64,000 nucleotides of DNA from a virus (Duplodnaviria > Heunggongvirae > Uroviricota > Caudoviricetes): IMG/VR virus record IMGVR_UViG_3300048670_001104; one strand, written 5' to 3'. Below the pieces are notes generated by a model. The model was not told where the DNA came from, searched no databases, and saw nothing but the letters and a program-made list of their open reading frames with translations. Below are positions 1 to 9,028 of the stretch, piece by piece; positions within the stretch are counted from its first letter, which is position 1; each line of letters starts with the position of its first letter. The position numbers were made by a program, and so were the translations under genes.

Positions 1-24
1 TTGGTGGGCTCAAGATGTATCCCG

Positions 25-327
25 TTAACTTGTGGAAACATTTGATTCCTCGGGAGATTTCTCTCGATAATCAATCTCATAACCGTTTTCTTCAAACAGT
101 CGCCGGATGATATTTTCATAGTGCTGCATGTAGTATTCCACAATGCGGTTGAAATCCTTGGGCGCACTGGTACCATTTAATTGTGCCTTGACCACAGAGA
201 GTTTCTTGAAGTCCAGGATCACACTGGCGGTTTGATGATCACGCAGCTTTAGATTGCGAGCCACAGCCGTGCTTTCATCAATCTGCCCGTTGGCCTTTTT
301 GTAGTAAGTGATTATCAGGTATCTCAT
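25..327 (-). CDS. hypothetical protein; possible clamp-loader small subunit (gp62-like) by position downstream of the gp44-like gene
   Basis: 100-aa ORF. Its start overlaps the stop of the upstream clamp-loader gene (ATGA-type junction at 324-327). No motif I can assign. Confidence 0.4.
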   Translation of the reverse strand: MRYLIITYYKKANGQIDESTAVARNLKLRDHQTASVILDFKKLSVVKAQLNGTSAPKDFNRIVEYYMQHYENIIRRLFEENGYEIDYREKSPEESNVSTS

Positions 328-1247
328 TTAATGTTTGCTAGTTCGATCAAGGTAGCACTCAAGTTGATCTCCACATCAGCCACTGATGTGTGATTCACGA
401 TACCGTTGCGGATGATCACAACCGCTTGGTCCTTTTGTTCGTCTGTGTTGCCCCAGAGATCCAAGTTGTCATACATCCAACGGAACACATCTTCTGCTTC
501 CTCGGGTGTGCTGCTCTGGCACAGCAAGGTTCTGGCCTGGCGGATCTGCCCACGCTTGAACATGTCCACGCAGTCCAGTTTCCAGTCCTTTGCTGCTCGA
601 TCTGTAGCACTAGGCGGGCTCAATGTGCCTGACTGTGAATTCATCTGCACAAGATTCAAACACTTACGCAGGTCAGGATAAGTGGCCTTGACATAAGTGT
701 CCAACACATCTAGATCAAACGCCATGTTTTCTTCCACCAACACAGTGGCCACTCTGGCAGTGAATTCTGTGTGATCAGTTTTGGTGATATGGAATCCTTG
801 GCAGCGACTGTGGATGGGATCAATGATCTTGTGTGGATAGTTACAAGTCATGATGAACCGCACTGTGCTTGAATAGTCTTCCATCAAGTTGCGTAATGCA
901 GGCTGCACTGATTCCTTGTTCATGTAGTCTGCTTCGTCGATCAACACCACTTTGAATTTGCCAAATGGCATGGTCTGCACAAACGAGATCAGCCGGTCCA
1001 CCCATTCAATCTTGCGACCTTCTTTAGATCCATTCACATACATCACATCATATTCGTCTACACCCAGTTCGTTTATCAGCACTTTGGCCAAGGTAGTCTT
1101 GCCTGTGCCTGCTGCACCACTCAGTAGCAGGTGCGGAATTGATCCGTCCCGGATCCAGGATTCGACCTGTTCACGCTGTGCGTCGTCCACAAACACATAT
1201 CCATCCACCTTGCTTGGACGATACTTTTCTACCCATAACTGTTTCAT
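324..1247 (-). CDS. 44: clamp loader ATPase (T4 gp44 / RFC small-subunit-like AAA+)
   Basis: KYRP box, Walker A GAAGTGKTT, DEAD-like LIDEADYM, SRC sensor motif. Organisation matches the T4 gene 44 family. Confidence 0.88.
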   Translation of the reverse strand: MKQLWVEKYRPSKVDGYVFVDDAQREQVESWIRDGSIPHLLLSGAAGTGKTTLAKVLINELGVDEYDVMYVNGSKEGRKIEWVDRLISFVQTMPFGKFKVVLIDEADYMNKESVQPALRNLMEDYSSTVRFIMTCNYPHKIIDPIHSRCQGFHITKTDHTEFTARVATVLVEENMAFDLDVLDTYVKATYPDLRKCLNLVQMNSQSGTLSPPSATDRAAKDWKLDCVDMFKRGQIRQARTLLCQSSTPEEAEDVFRWMYDNLDLWGNTDEQKDQAVVIIRNGIVNHTSVADVEINLSATLIELANIK

Positions 1248-1435
1248 ACATAATCCTTATACATTTGTTTTCTACCTTCAATACTGAGTTGGGCGTCGAA
1301 GATCTCGGTAGTGCGTTGCATCATGGCACAGGCTATCATCAACAATTCTTCTCTGCTGTCACTCATCATGATCTGGCGATCGATAGGTGTCATGAGTTCA
1401 TCCATACGCTTTCGTACTGCTTGTCTATCATGCAT
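1244..1435 (-). CDS. hypothetical small protein
   Basis: 63-aa ORF with RBS AGGAG 9 nt upstream, directly downstream of a consensus promoter. Overlaps the gp44 start by 4 nt. Confidence 0.45.
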   Translation of the reverse strand: MHDRQAVRKRMDELMTPIDRQIMMSDSREELLMIACAMMQRTTEIFDAQLSIEGRKQMYKDYV

Positions 1436-1459
1436 TTTACACCGGCTCCTGTAGTGTGT

Positions 1460-1488
1460 ATTTTAGTGAAATGTGTGTTGATTGTCAA
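1460..1488 (-). promoter_or_regulatory. sigma70-type promoter TTGACA-N17-TAAAAT
   Basis: Minus-strand reading: -35 TTGACA (1483-1488), 17-nt spacer, -10 TAAAAT (1460-1465). About 25 nt upstream of the ATG at 1435. Confidence 0.6.
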
Positions 1489-1501
1489 CACAGGATTGTT
1501 C

Positions 1502-1993
1502 TTATTTTTGGGTTAGGCCGCGTTCTATTTCGGCTGCTGCTACACGTCGTCGCAGACTTGAACTGGAGAATGAGTGATCGCGACCATTGAATACTAGTTC
1601 GATGCCTCGCGCATTACCTTCATGCCGGCCGGTGAATTGTTTGTTTTCGTATTCCACACCCAAGATACGCACATCCACGGGCAGGATCAACAGCAGATCC
1701 ACAAGGTCTTGCTCGGTCTGATACACCACAACTTCATCCACATAGCGACATGCAGCCAGTTGTATCTGGCGTTCCACTATGCTCTGCACCGGTGGATTCT
1801 TTTCTGTAGGACGATCTATGGTGGGATCAGTTTGCAAGCCTGCAATCAAGTAGTCGCAATGGTTCTTGGCGTCTGATAGCATGGCGATATGGCCAGCATG
1901 CAGCATGTCAAAGGTGGAGAAGGTAATGCCAATGCGTTTGCCCTCGGCCTTGAGCAGTTTGACATGATTGAAGATCAATTGTGCTGCATCCAA
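1502..1993 (-). CDS. cytidylyl/adenylyl-transferase (TagD / HldE domain-II-like nucleotidyltransferase)
   Basis: TFDMLHAGH (HxGH nucleotidyltransferase motif) followed by DYLIAG...ERQIQLAACRYVDEVVV. This pattern matches glycerol-3-P cytidylyltransferase and ADP-heptose synthase domain II. Confidence 0.7.
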   Translation of the reverse strand: MDAAQLIFNHVKLLKAEGKRIGITFSTFDMLHAGHIAMLSDAKNHCDYLIAGLQTDPTIDRPTEKNPPVQSIVERQIQLAACRYVDEVVVYQTEQDLVDLLLILPVDVRILGVEYENKQFTGRHEGNARGIELVFNGRDHSFSSSSLRRRVAAAEIERGLTQK

Positions 1994-2376
1994 TCGGGTT
2001 TGGCTTCCACATGGATCGCAGTGGAGAATGTGTCATCGTTGGGCTTTTCGTCACTCATCATCATGATATCTTTAGGATCTACACGCCGCAGAGTAACCTT
2101 GCCCGATTCATCTTCCACATCGATACCACGAGTCCACCGACCGTGTTCAATACATATCCATTGTCCAGGTGTGACATCCAGTTGCTCGGGACCCACAGCA
2201 TACACTTGGCCCCAACGTGGACGGATGCCGGTGCTCTTGCCATTGTCATTGGGTATGATAATGCCACTGGTGGTGATGCGGGCATCGAATACCATGTCAC
2301 TTACAATCACTGAGTCTTTCAGTGGTTGCAGTTGATCACGGCGGATCTGATGTGGTTGATATGCTGGTTTGATCAT
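1975..2376 (-). CDS. co-chaperonin GroES-like (T4 gp31 functional analogue)
   Basis: IKPLxDxV...G(I/L)(I/V)xP...GxVxAVG..V..GD.V pattern over about 95 aa, with an N-terminal extension. Confidence 0.65.
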   Translation of the reverse strand: MIKPAYQPHQIRRDQLQPLKDSVIVSDMVFDARITTSGIIIPNDNGKSTGIRPRWGQVYAVGPEQLDVTPGQWICIEHGRWTRGIDVEDESGKVTLRRVDPKDIMMMSDEKPNDDTFSTAIHVEAKPDWMQHN

Positions 2377-2778
2377 TTATTCCTCGTCTGTGATTTTTGC
2401 TGCGCGAGCCATGGCAGCGGCTAATCCTGCTGCGGGCTGTTCCACGGGAGGTGCCGCACCTTGTTCTCTCAAGGCCTGGCGCTGTGCTCGTGCTTGTTCA
2501 ATTTTTGCTTGCTCGGCTGCCCGGGTAGCCGCAGCATCGGTTTCTTTCTGTGCTCGACTGCTGGCAGGAATGGGTCCTGCTGCGGTGTTGGTAGCACGAT
2601 TGAGATTGCGGTTCACCTGCTGTGATCTGGTAGAGATCACACGACCATTGGCATCCAATTTGTCTCCGCGGGCATTGACATTCATGTTGCCCACAGCTCT
2701 CACATGTTCGTTTTGCACTTCCAGCGCACCCAGATCCACGATCCTGCCTTGTGCTGTTCTATAAACTTTCTTTGTCAT
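2377..2778 (-). CDS. hypothetical protein
   Basis: 133-aa ORF. Its stop abuts the GroES-like start (TAA then ATG). GAGGAA RBS for the next gene lies within its last codons. Confidence 0.5.
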   Translation of the reverse strand: MTKKVYRTAQGRIVDLGALEVQNEHVRAVGNMNVNARGDKLDANGRVISTRSQQVNRNLNRATNTAAGPIPASSRAQKETDAAATRAAEQAKIEQARAQRQALREQGAAPPVEQPAAGLAAAMARAAKITDEE

Positions 2779-2798
2779 ATTTTTGCTCCTTGAGATAT

Positions 2799-3317
2799 TT
2801 AACGCAGGAATTCTGCGATGTCTAAATTGTAGTGTAGGCTGTCTATCCTGTGTACCTTCAACAGATACAGCACATAACTGGCCACTGAACTACCACGGCC
2901 CACGCCCCATATGAGATTGTTTTGTTGCATGACATCTGTCAAGAACTTGAGATATCTCAAGAGATCAAACAAGTCTCGTGCTTGATACAGCAAGAGTTCT
3001 TCTCCCACACGCTGTAATGCTGCTTCAGATTCGCACAGATTCAACACATGTTCTGCGATGTCCATGTGCTTGTATTCGTCGGGCATGAGCCATCGACCTT
3101 GATTCTCATGATCAAAGTCTTCCACTGTCACAGCCTGCATGGCCAGTTCATTGTACTGTATGAATTTGGGCGCATGCTCCAATATCAAAGCGGCTGTTTC
3201 TAGATCCACTGTGGCATCCACCAACATGCCGTTGATGGGTATGCTTTGACCACGCATGAGCATGGCTACGCAATCATCTTCTGAGAAGATCATCTGTCCC
3301 AAATGATCAGTTTTCAT
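2799..3317 (-). CDS. hypothetical protein with DnaE (Pol III alpha)-like GVGRGSSVASYVLYLL...IDSLHYNLDIAEFL motif at the C-terminus
   Basis: The ORF track gives 2799..3503. I trimmed the start to the Met at 3317 because the N-terminal 60 aa are low-complexity and overlap the upstream ORF. The C-terminal 45 aa resemble the conserved GPGRGSAAGSLVAY..DPL.YDLLFERFL segment of DnaE. Confidence 0.4.
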   Translation of the reverse strand: MKTDHLGQMIFSEDDCVAMLMRGQSIPINGMLVDATVDLETAALILEHAPKFIQYNELAMQAVTVEDFDHENQGRWLMPDEYKHMDIAEHVLNLCESEAALQRVGEELLLYQARDLFDLLRYLKFLTDVMQQNNLIWGVGRGSSVASYVLYLLKVHRIDSLHYNLDIAEFLR

Positions 3318-3912
3318 CTGTGGGAAACTTGGCGAATACCACGGTGTTTGTTTCGTTCTTGGGCGGTTCTGTGCCGCTCCAGCCAAGATCAATATCGCGC
3401 CATGTGGGTGTTCTATTGATCTTGACCACACGCTTGCCGCCAGTGGCCGGTTTGAAGTTGCTGTGTACCGGACCAGAATCGGTCCACCAGCCAGGATCTG
3501 CACAAGGACCCAGACTTTCTTGGGAGCTGTGCAAGTATCTCACATTGTCTCCCAACAGGCTCTGTATGGTCACATTGGTCACGATCATTCTTTCTTCCAG
3601 GATAGCATTGAGTTTGCAGTATAACGCAATACCAATGATCTGGTCAATGGGTTCCTCGGGCATTGTGGTCATCTTGATTCCAGCTGCTGCCAATGCTCGC
3701 AGTTGTTCCTGATTGGTCTGTTTGATGAACACAGTGTTGGTGAGTTCGTGATACACAAAGTGATTGAGTCGTGCCATGCAGGTCACATGATCTTCATGAT
3801 TATCAGTATTGGTGTGTATGCTCAGTTCAGCCGAGTAGTCGTTGATCTGTAGTCGATCTTCAAACCATATGGCTGCTCGCCAGTTCATGTCATATTCTAA
3901 TCTTACGTTCAT
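3307..3912 (-). CDS. hypothetical protein
   Basis: 201-aa ORF. 11-nt overlap with the downstream ORF after start trimming. No assignable motif. Confidence 0.45.
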   Translation of the reverse strand: MNVRLEYDMNWRAAIWFEDRLQINDYSAELSIHTNTDNHEDHVTCMARLNHFVYHELTNTVFIKQTNQEQLRALAAAGIKMTTMPEEPIDQIIGIALYCKLNAILEERMIVTNVTIQSLLGDNVRYLHSSQESLGPCADPGWWTDSGPVHSNFKPATGGKRVVKINRTPTWRDIDLGWSGTEPPKNETNTVVFAKFPTDEN

Positions 3913-4148
3913 GATATATCAATCTTGTCGTTGAATGAGTCGGTGTCACCAGCTTTGAGTGCAGACAGTGCCCGCATCTTCTGTTGGTATTTTCCGTTGT
4001 AGCTTTCTATAGCCATACGGATCTGATCGCAAAGATATCCATTTCCCATCCTGTGAGCAATGTTGAGTTTTTTGTGCAGTTCAGAGACCTTTGAACCCAG
4101 TTGTTCTAGGGTCATGTCCTCCAAGTTGTTGATAAACGGATGTTCCAT
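3909..4148 (-). CDS. hypothetical small protein
   Basis: 79-aa ORF. ATGA-type overlap with the 3307..3912 start. Confidence 0.45.
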   Translation of the reverse strand: MEHPFINNLEDMTLEQLGSKVSELHKKLNIAHRMGNGYLCDQIRMAIESYNGKYQQKMRALSALKAGDTDSFNDKIDIS

Positions 4149-4200
4149 TGAAACCTTTGCTGTTGTATTTTACAGCAGATGCCACTGGAAGTCAACTCAA

Positions 4201-5091
4201 TTAGGCGAATGCTGTGCCGTTGTTGCCGACGCAATACCATTTGGAGTTGATATATTGTAGAGTCACAGCTTGTCCAATTGCACTGAAAGTGATAGTGCCT
4301 GTTCCAGAGGTTTTCCATCCCGCATTGGTCACAGTGATGGTCATGTTTCCAACATACACAGCCATCATTATGGTCTTGATCTGACCGGCAAATCCTGCGG
4401 CCAGTGTGGCAGTAGATGCTCCACTGGTGGTAAGATATGTAGCGGTGGTGGTCAGGCTCACCACCCCGGCTGTGCCCACCAGGCTTTGGCTGCTGGGAAG
4501 ATAGATCGGATCCATGTTTCGGCTACTATCGAACACAGAGATTGTGGTGCCACCGTCGCTGGTGGTGAAATCGTATGTGTAAGTTCCGCTCTGAGAATAA
4601 CTTATTGTTCCTGCACTATAACCCTGTAGGTTACCGATTCCCACGCTGACCGCAGCGGGCAATACCACAGTTGATGCTGTGTTGAGGATGGTGATGGCCA
4701 CTCGAACTATACCAAAGTTGCCAGCAACCGGAAAGTTTGTAAATGCCAAAGAGATAGAACTTCCACTGCTTGCTGTGACAGTTTGATAATGTCCAGCAGT
4801 GTAATCGATGGTCACTGTGCCTGTCAAGGTTCCCAGGATGGCTGCCACAGCACTGAAGTCCGAGATGTTGGCATTGCTGAGTGGACTTCCACCCATGTTA
4901 TTGTTCAAAGCAGTACCGGTGAGTGCTGCTTTGAGTACCGCGTTGGTCTGCAGATCCGTGATCTCGTTGGCTGCATACTGAAAGTTGGTCTTGGTGTTGG
5001 TGAAGTTGTCACGGAAACCTTGACTGTTGTTGTCTTGTCCGGCTATTGGATATGTGCCGTCGATGTCGTTTGGGTTAATTGCACTGGTCAT
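4201..5091 (-). CDS. virion structural protein (tail fiber / baseplate-like, S/T/G-rich)
   Basis: 296 aa, S/T/G/N-rich beta-like composition. Located in the structural block. AGGAA RBS. ATAAATA motif about 45 nt upstream on the minus strand. Confidence 0.55.
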   Translation of the reverse strand: MTSAINPNDIDGTYPIAGQDNNSQGFRDNFTNTKTNFQYAANEITDLQTNAVLKAALTGTALNNNMGGSPLSNANISDFSAVAAILGTLTGTVTIDYTAGHYQTVTASSGSSISLAFTNFPVAGNFGIVRVAITILNTASTVVLPAAVSVGIGNLQGYSAGTISYSQSGTYTYDFTTSDGGTTISVFDSSRNMDPIYLPSSQSLVGTAGVVSLTTTATYLTTSGASTATLAAGFAGQIKTIMMAVYVGNMTITVTNAGWKTSGTGTITFSAIGQAVTLQYINSKWYCVGNNGTAFA

Positions 5092-5099
5092 AGTTGTTC

Positions 5100-7754
5100 C
5101 TACACTAAAATGTTCCTACGGGGAAATACTAGATATTTATCGAATGCGTCTGTGTTGGTATAGATATCAACAGGTGCTTCGAATCGCATGCTAGTGCTGT
5201 CAAATGTGGTTGCTTCTCCGGACCCTACCACAAAATCAAACTCTGCTCCGGTGCCAGATCCCACAATGTTGGTTCCTGTGATGTTGGTGTATGTGTCACC
5301 GTCACTGAACAACGGTGCAGTTCCCACAAGATTCAGTATGGTGATGGCACCGGTGGTTGTGTTGATATCTTGTACTGTGATGGTCACACTGTTTAGTACA
5401 TCGGTACCGCCAAGGTCGCTGCCTGCAATCAAGATACGATCACCAATTTTGTAACCAGTTCCGGCGTTTACAAACGCATCAACTTCGTAGTGCAACACCA
5501 GATCAAATGTGGTTTCTGCCGGCGCTGGCACCCAGGCACCTGATGTGGAGTCGGCAATGGGATCCCAATGTATGCTGAGTAATCTATCCAGTTCATATCT
5601 GTCAACTTCAAAGTCCACAAGATTGAGTTGTTGCCCAAATTGTGTGCGAATATTGTAGGCCACTTGGCCTGATGCGCCAGGGTGACAATATGCGATCACC
5701 CAGGCTGGTGTGAATCCCAGTACCTTGCCATCTGCTTGCTTGCTCAACATCCACAGTGGTAAGAGATTGCTTATCTGCCCCACCACGTCTATCACTTGAT
5801 CTCGCATGTTGGGCAAGCTGTTGGGATACACTGTGGTGATTTCTGTGCTGTCACCTGCATTGATGGGATACGGCAGAGTGACCTGTTTGCTCACACTGAT
5901 TCCGTCATTGTTCACAAGATCATCTTGTACGGCACTGTAGACCACTTCGTAGACCACATCACCAGTGACTGGATCCAGGGCCTGTGCTGTTTTGATTTCG
6001 CCCAGTATGAGATTTTTCCAATAATGATTTTTGATCAAACTGCTGATATACAATTCATAGGTTGAACTGGTGAGTCCAAAACAATGATTGTATATGACCG
6101 AAGTGGCTATGCCAAAGTTGGGATCTTGTGGTCTGAAGATGAGATCAGATCTAAAGATATCGGAATTCTGTATCAGTTGATTTATCAAGGCACGACTGGT
6201 GTACGGAGGCATGGCCTTGATGTAGAGATTCTCATAGGGCTCATTGTACTCTCGCAGCACTTTCACTGTGAAGGTCTTGAACACCGACACATACCCATCA
6301 ACTGAATAGGCATTCACAGTGAATGTGTATTGGGTGTCAAATGTGGTCTCTTGTGGCGACTGTATCAGTGTGGTACGCAATTCTTTGTCAAATGTGGTAG
6401 AGCCCAGGTCCACAGCAAATGTGTTAAAACTCACTCTACCGGCAATGTCGCCCGAGGGCAACAGTTGCAGACCTTGCGGTAATTTGTTGTACACCCCGGG
6501 CACATAATCGGGTGGAGGAATGGCCCCGGGTCTCAATTGATATTGCAGACTCCTGCCACCGGTGTTCACGGCCTCTACTTTTAGTAAACTGGTGGATCCA
6601 TTGATGATGCTGCCCAGATCAGCAGCAGTGAGCCAGATCACCTGTGTTTCTACCTGTCCTGTCAGCGTGATACTAAAGTAGTAAGGATCGGATTTTATCA
6701 CATCATCACTGGTGTTGATCAGATAGATGGCAAAATTGTATGTGATTTCCGAAGCACCTAAATCGGGCAAACGACCATACAACCAGCCTGTGAATGGATC
6801 AAGAGTGGTGCCCGGAGGAAGTTGCAATCCTGCACCGGGGTACTCAAGATATTCTATGATATAATCACCAAAGGTCAGTCCTTGGAATTGATATGCCCAG
6901 AAATTATCTGCTCGCACACGGCCCAGATCACTGGGTTGTGCATTGAGCAGGAATGGTAGATAATTTGGAGTCTGAGATGCATCCACAAAGGTGTCATCGG
7001 CAGTGATATCCGTGGTACTGGCTTGTAAGGTGGTTCTGCTGTACACAAAGATCTCATAGGTACGCAGGTCACTGGCCTTGCCGTCGGAGACTTCCAGTGT
7101 GAATTGATAATTGGTGTTGGGACTGTTGATCACAAAATCAAACGGATATTGATCAAACGCTATGATATTTGGTGATGTCCGGTCAAATCCACCATTGATG
7201 GTGACAGCATTTATTGGTATGATATATCCAGTGATCAGGCCCCGAGTACTGATACTCAGCCCCGGAGGAAGCTCACCGCTGATCAAGGTTATCACTGTGA
7301 CGTCAGCAGGATCTTGCTCAGAGATTTCGATCTGTATGGAATCAATGGGTGTGCCATCATAAAAAGTACCCACATTACCAGCAGGGGTCACAAACACCGG
7401 TGGGTTTTGTCCTGTAACTGTGAGATCGAATGTTCGATCTGCCAGCCGATCGATCACTACTCGTCCTTGTACTATTTTTTCTGTATAAGCACGTACCGCA
7501 AAGGTGCTGGTGACGGCTCTTGATACCGGTGCCGGGACACCTTGCACACTGGCAATGGCCTGCGGCACACCCGAAATCAATCCGGTTCGACTGCATTGTA
7601 TTCCTGGGGGCAATTGACCGGCCAACAAGGTATAATAAACTTCGTTGCCTTCAGGATCAGACGGGTCATAGGCCAACAAGGGCACCTGATAAAAAATACC
7701 TTCCGGTATGGTGCCCAGGCTACCTACAGGAGTGACCCAGACTGGTTGTGCCAT
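5100..7754 (-). CDS. large virion structural protein (baseplate / fiber-associated)
   Basis: 884 aa with repeated PPG(I/L)S/T-type segments (ELPPGLSISTRGLITG, GQLPPGIQCSRTGLISG). Its RBS is embedded in the VVGRM codons of the upstream fiber gene. Confidence 0.65.
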   Translation of the reverse strand: MAQPVWVTPVGSLGTIPEGIFYQVPLLAYDPSDPEGNEVYYTLLAGQLPPGIQCSRTGLISGVPQAIASVQGVPAPVSRAVTSTFAVRAYTEKIVQGRVVIDRLADRTFDLTVTGQNPPVFVTPAGNVGTFYDGTPIDSIQIEISEQDPADVTVITLISGELPPGLSISTRGLITGYIIPINAVTINGGFDRTSPNIIAFDQYPFDFVINSPNTNYQFTLEVSDGKASDLRTYEIFVYSRTTLQASTTDITADDTFVDASQTPNYLPFLLNAQPSDLGRVRADNFWAYQFQGLTFGDYIIEYLEYPGAGLQLPPGTTLDPFTGWLYGRLPDLGASEITYNFAIYLINTSDDVIKSDPYYFSITLTGQVETQVIWLTAADLGSIINGSTSLLKVEAVNTGGRSLQYQLRPGAIPPPDYVPGVYNKLPQGLQLLPSGDIAGRVSFNTFAVDLGSTTFDKELRTTLIQSPQETTFDTQYTFTVNAYSVDGYVSVFKTFTVKVLREYNEPYENLYIKAMPPYTSRALINQLIQNSDIFRSDLIFRPQDPNFGIATSVIYNHCFGLTSSTYELYISSLIKNHYWKNLILGEIKTAQALDPVTGDVVYEVVYSAVQDDLVNNDGISVSKQVTLPYPINAGDSTEITTVYPNSLPNMRDQVIDVVGQISNLLPLWMLSKQADGKVLGFTPAWVIAYCHPGASGQVAYNIRTQFGQQLNLVDFEVDRYELDRLLSIHWDPIADSTSGAWVPAPAETTFDLVLHYEVDAFVNAGTGYKIGDRILIAGSDLGGTDVLNSVTITVQDINTTTGAITILNLVGTAPLFSDGDTYTNITGTNIVGSGTGAEFDFVVGSGEATTFDSTSMRFEAPVDIYTNTDAFDKYLVFPRRNILV

Positions 7755-7758
7755 GGCT

Positions 7759-8868
7759 TTACATTCTTCCTACGACGATTTCTATTATGCCACTTTCACC
7801 ATCAAAGTTTTCCAGGGCCTTGCCGATCACTGTGCCCATGGCCGGGGCAGCCGAGGCTCGAGCATGACCATTGCCTGCGGATATCATCATGGCACCTTTG
7901 GTCACGGCACCGGTTACACTGGTGTGAACTCTTCCGGTCAATGCCACTATGGCTCTGTGATCTGCGGTAAGTCCGTTGTTCATGAGATAACTGGGATTGG
8001 CAGATATTACACCGGCCACTGTGGGATCTCCCTCTGTGGCGGACACAGTGACTTCTTTAGTGCCGCCAAAACTCACCACAGTACCTGGCTCGTAATCTGC
8101 ATCGGCTTCATACACTTCGGCCAAGTCGGCGTAGAGTGCTGTGGTTGCTTGTGCAAATATATTGTTAAAGTATGTGCTTGTGCTGCCAATATTGCCCACG
8201 GCGTTTGATGCGCCATTCACAATGGCAGTGGCTGCTGCACCCGAGTTCACCGTGAAGGTACCCGGAGTAACTGTACTTGCACCAACAAGACTCAATGTTC
8301 CTGTTCCGGCTGCTGTACCACCAGAAGCTTGTATTCTAAAATCAAAATCAGTGGAAACATTGCCGCTGCTGTGAAAATCGATGTATGGAGTATTGGGTAT
8401 CGAGGGGCTTCCTATTTCTAGACCTGCGCTGAGACCAGGGGCTACCAATGCAGTGGTACCAGTGGCCGACAATGTGCTGGCAATGGCTACTCCAGTTGCA
8501 GAAATACTGCCGGAAAAAACGGTACCAGCAGCAGAGATCAAGCCACTGGTTAATACATTACCACCAGTGACATTGCCTGCGCTACTAACTGTGTTGATGG
8601 CCAACAGCACGCCCGGAACTATCACGTTGCCACCAGTGATGTTGCCTGTGGCACTTATTGTGTTGGTTGATATTGTTACTCCGGATGCTAATAAATTGCC
8701 GCCGGTGATGTTGCCTGTGGCAGAAATCGTGGTGGCATTGTTGGTTATAAAACTTCCCAAAGTGGCCACTGTTGTCTTGTAAGTGGCACCGCTAAAATCA
8801 ACCGGCGCCACTGTGACACTGTTAATGGTTGTAGTTTCGGGTAATCCTGATATGCTTGTGGTTGCCAT
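7759..8868 (-). CDS. tail fiber-like protein with GN-rich repeats; C-terminal ~150 aa shared with the giant fiber gene
   Basis: Repeats of the form ISATGNITGGN. The C-terminus TSTYFNNIFAQATTALYADLAEVY...GIIEIVVGRM is ~80% identical to the C-terminus of 9029..13834. Confidence 0.7.
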   Translation of the reverse strand: MATTSISGLPETTTINSVTVAPVDFSGATYKTTVATLGSFITNNATTISATGNITGGNLLASGVTISTNTISATGNITGGNVIVPGVLLAINTVSSAGNVTGGNVLTSGLISAAGTVFSGSISATGVAIASTLSATGTTALVAPGLSAGLEIGSPSIPNTPYIDFHSSGNVSTDFDFRIQASGGTAAGTGTLSLVGASTVTPGTFTVNSGAAATAIVNGASNAVGNIGSTSTYFNNIFAQATTALYADLAEVYEADADYEPGTVVSFGGTKEVTVSATEGDPTVAGVISANPSYLMNNGLTADHRAIVALTGRVHTSVTGAVTKGAMMISAGNGHARASAAPAMGTVIGKALENFDGESGIIEIVVGRM

Positions 8869-8877
8869 TGTTTTTCC

Positions 8878-9018
8878 TTAGACGGTCACTAACAGGGTAC
8901 CCGAAATCGTAGTGATGTTCAACCCACTGATAGTGGTGATTTCGGTTCCGGGCGCCGGTCCTCCTTGGAAGTTCCATCCTTGCCCTATTTGCCATCCTGC
9001 TCCTACGATTAAACTCAT
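8878..9018 (-). CDS. small ORF (46 aa) between the two fiber genes
   Basis: Hand-translated: MSLIVGAGWQIGQGWNFQGGPAPGTEITTISGLNITTISGTLLVTV. AAGGAG RBS 7 nt upstream. The tail resembles the N-terminus of the 7759..8868 product. Confidence 0.3.
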   Translation of the reverse strand: MSLIVGAGWQIGQGWNFQGGPAPGTEITTISGLNITTISGTLLVTV

Positions 9019-9028
9019 TGCTTGCTCC

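Noticed and set aside
2799-3503. N-terminal 60 aa of the ORF-track version of this gene
   Set aside because: A/G/P/R-rich low complexity overlapping 3307..3912 by 197 nt. The start was moved to the Met at 3317.
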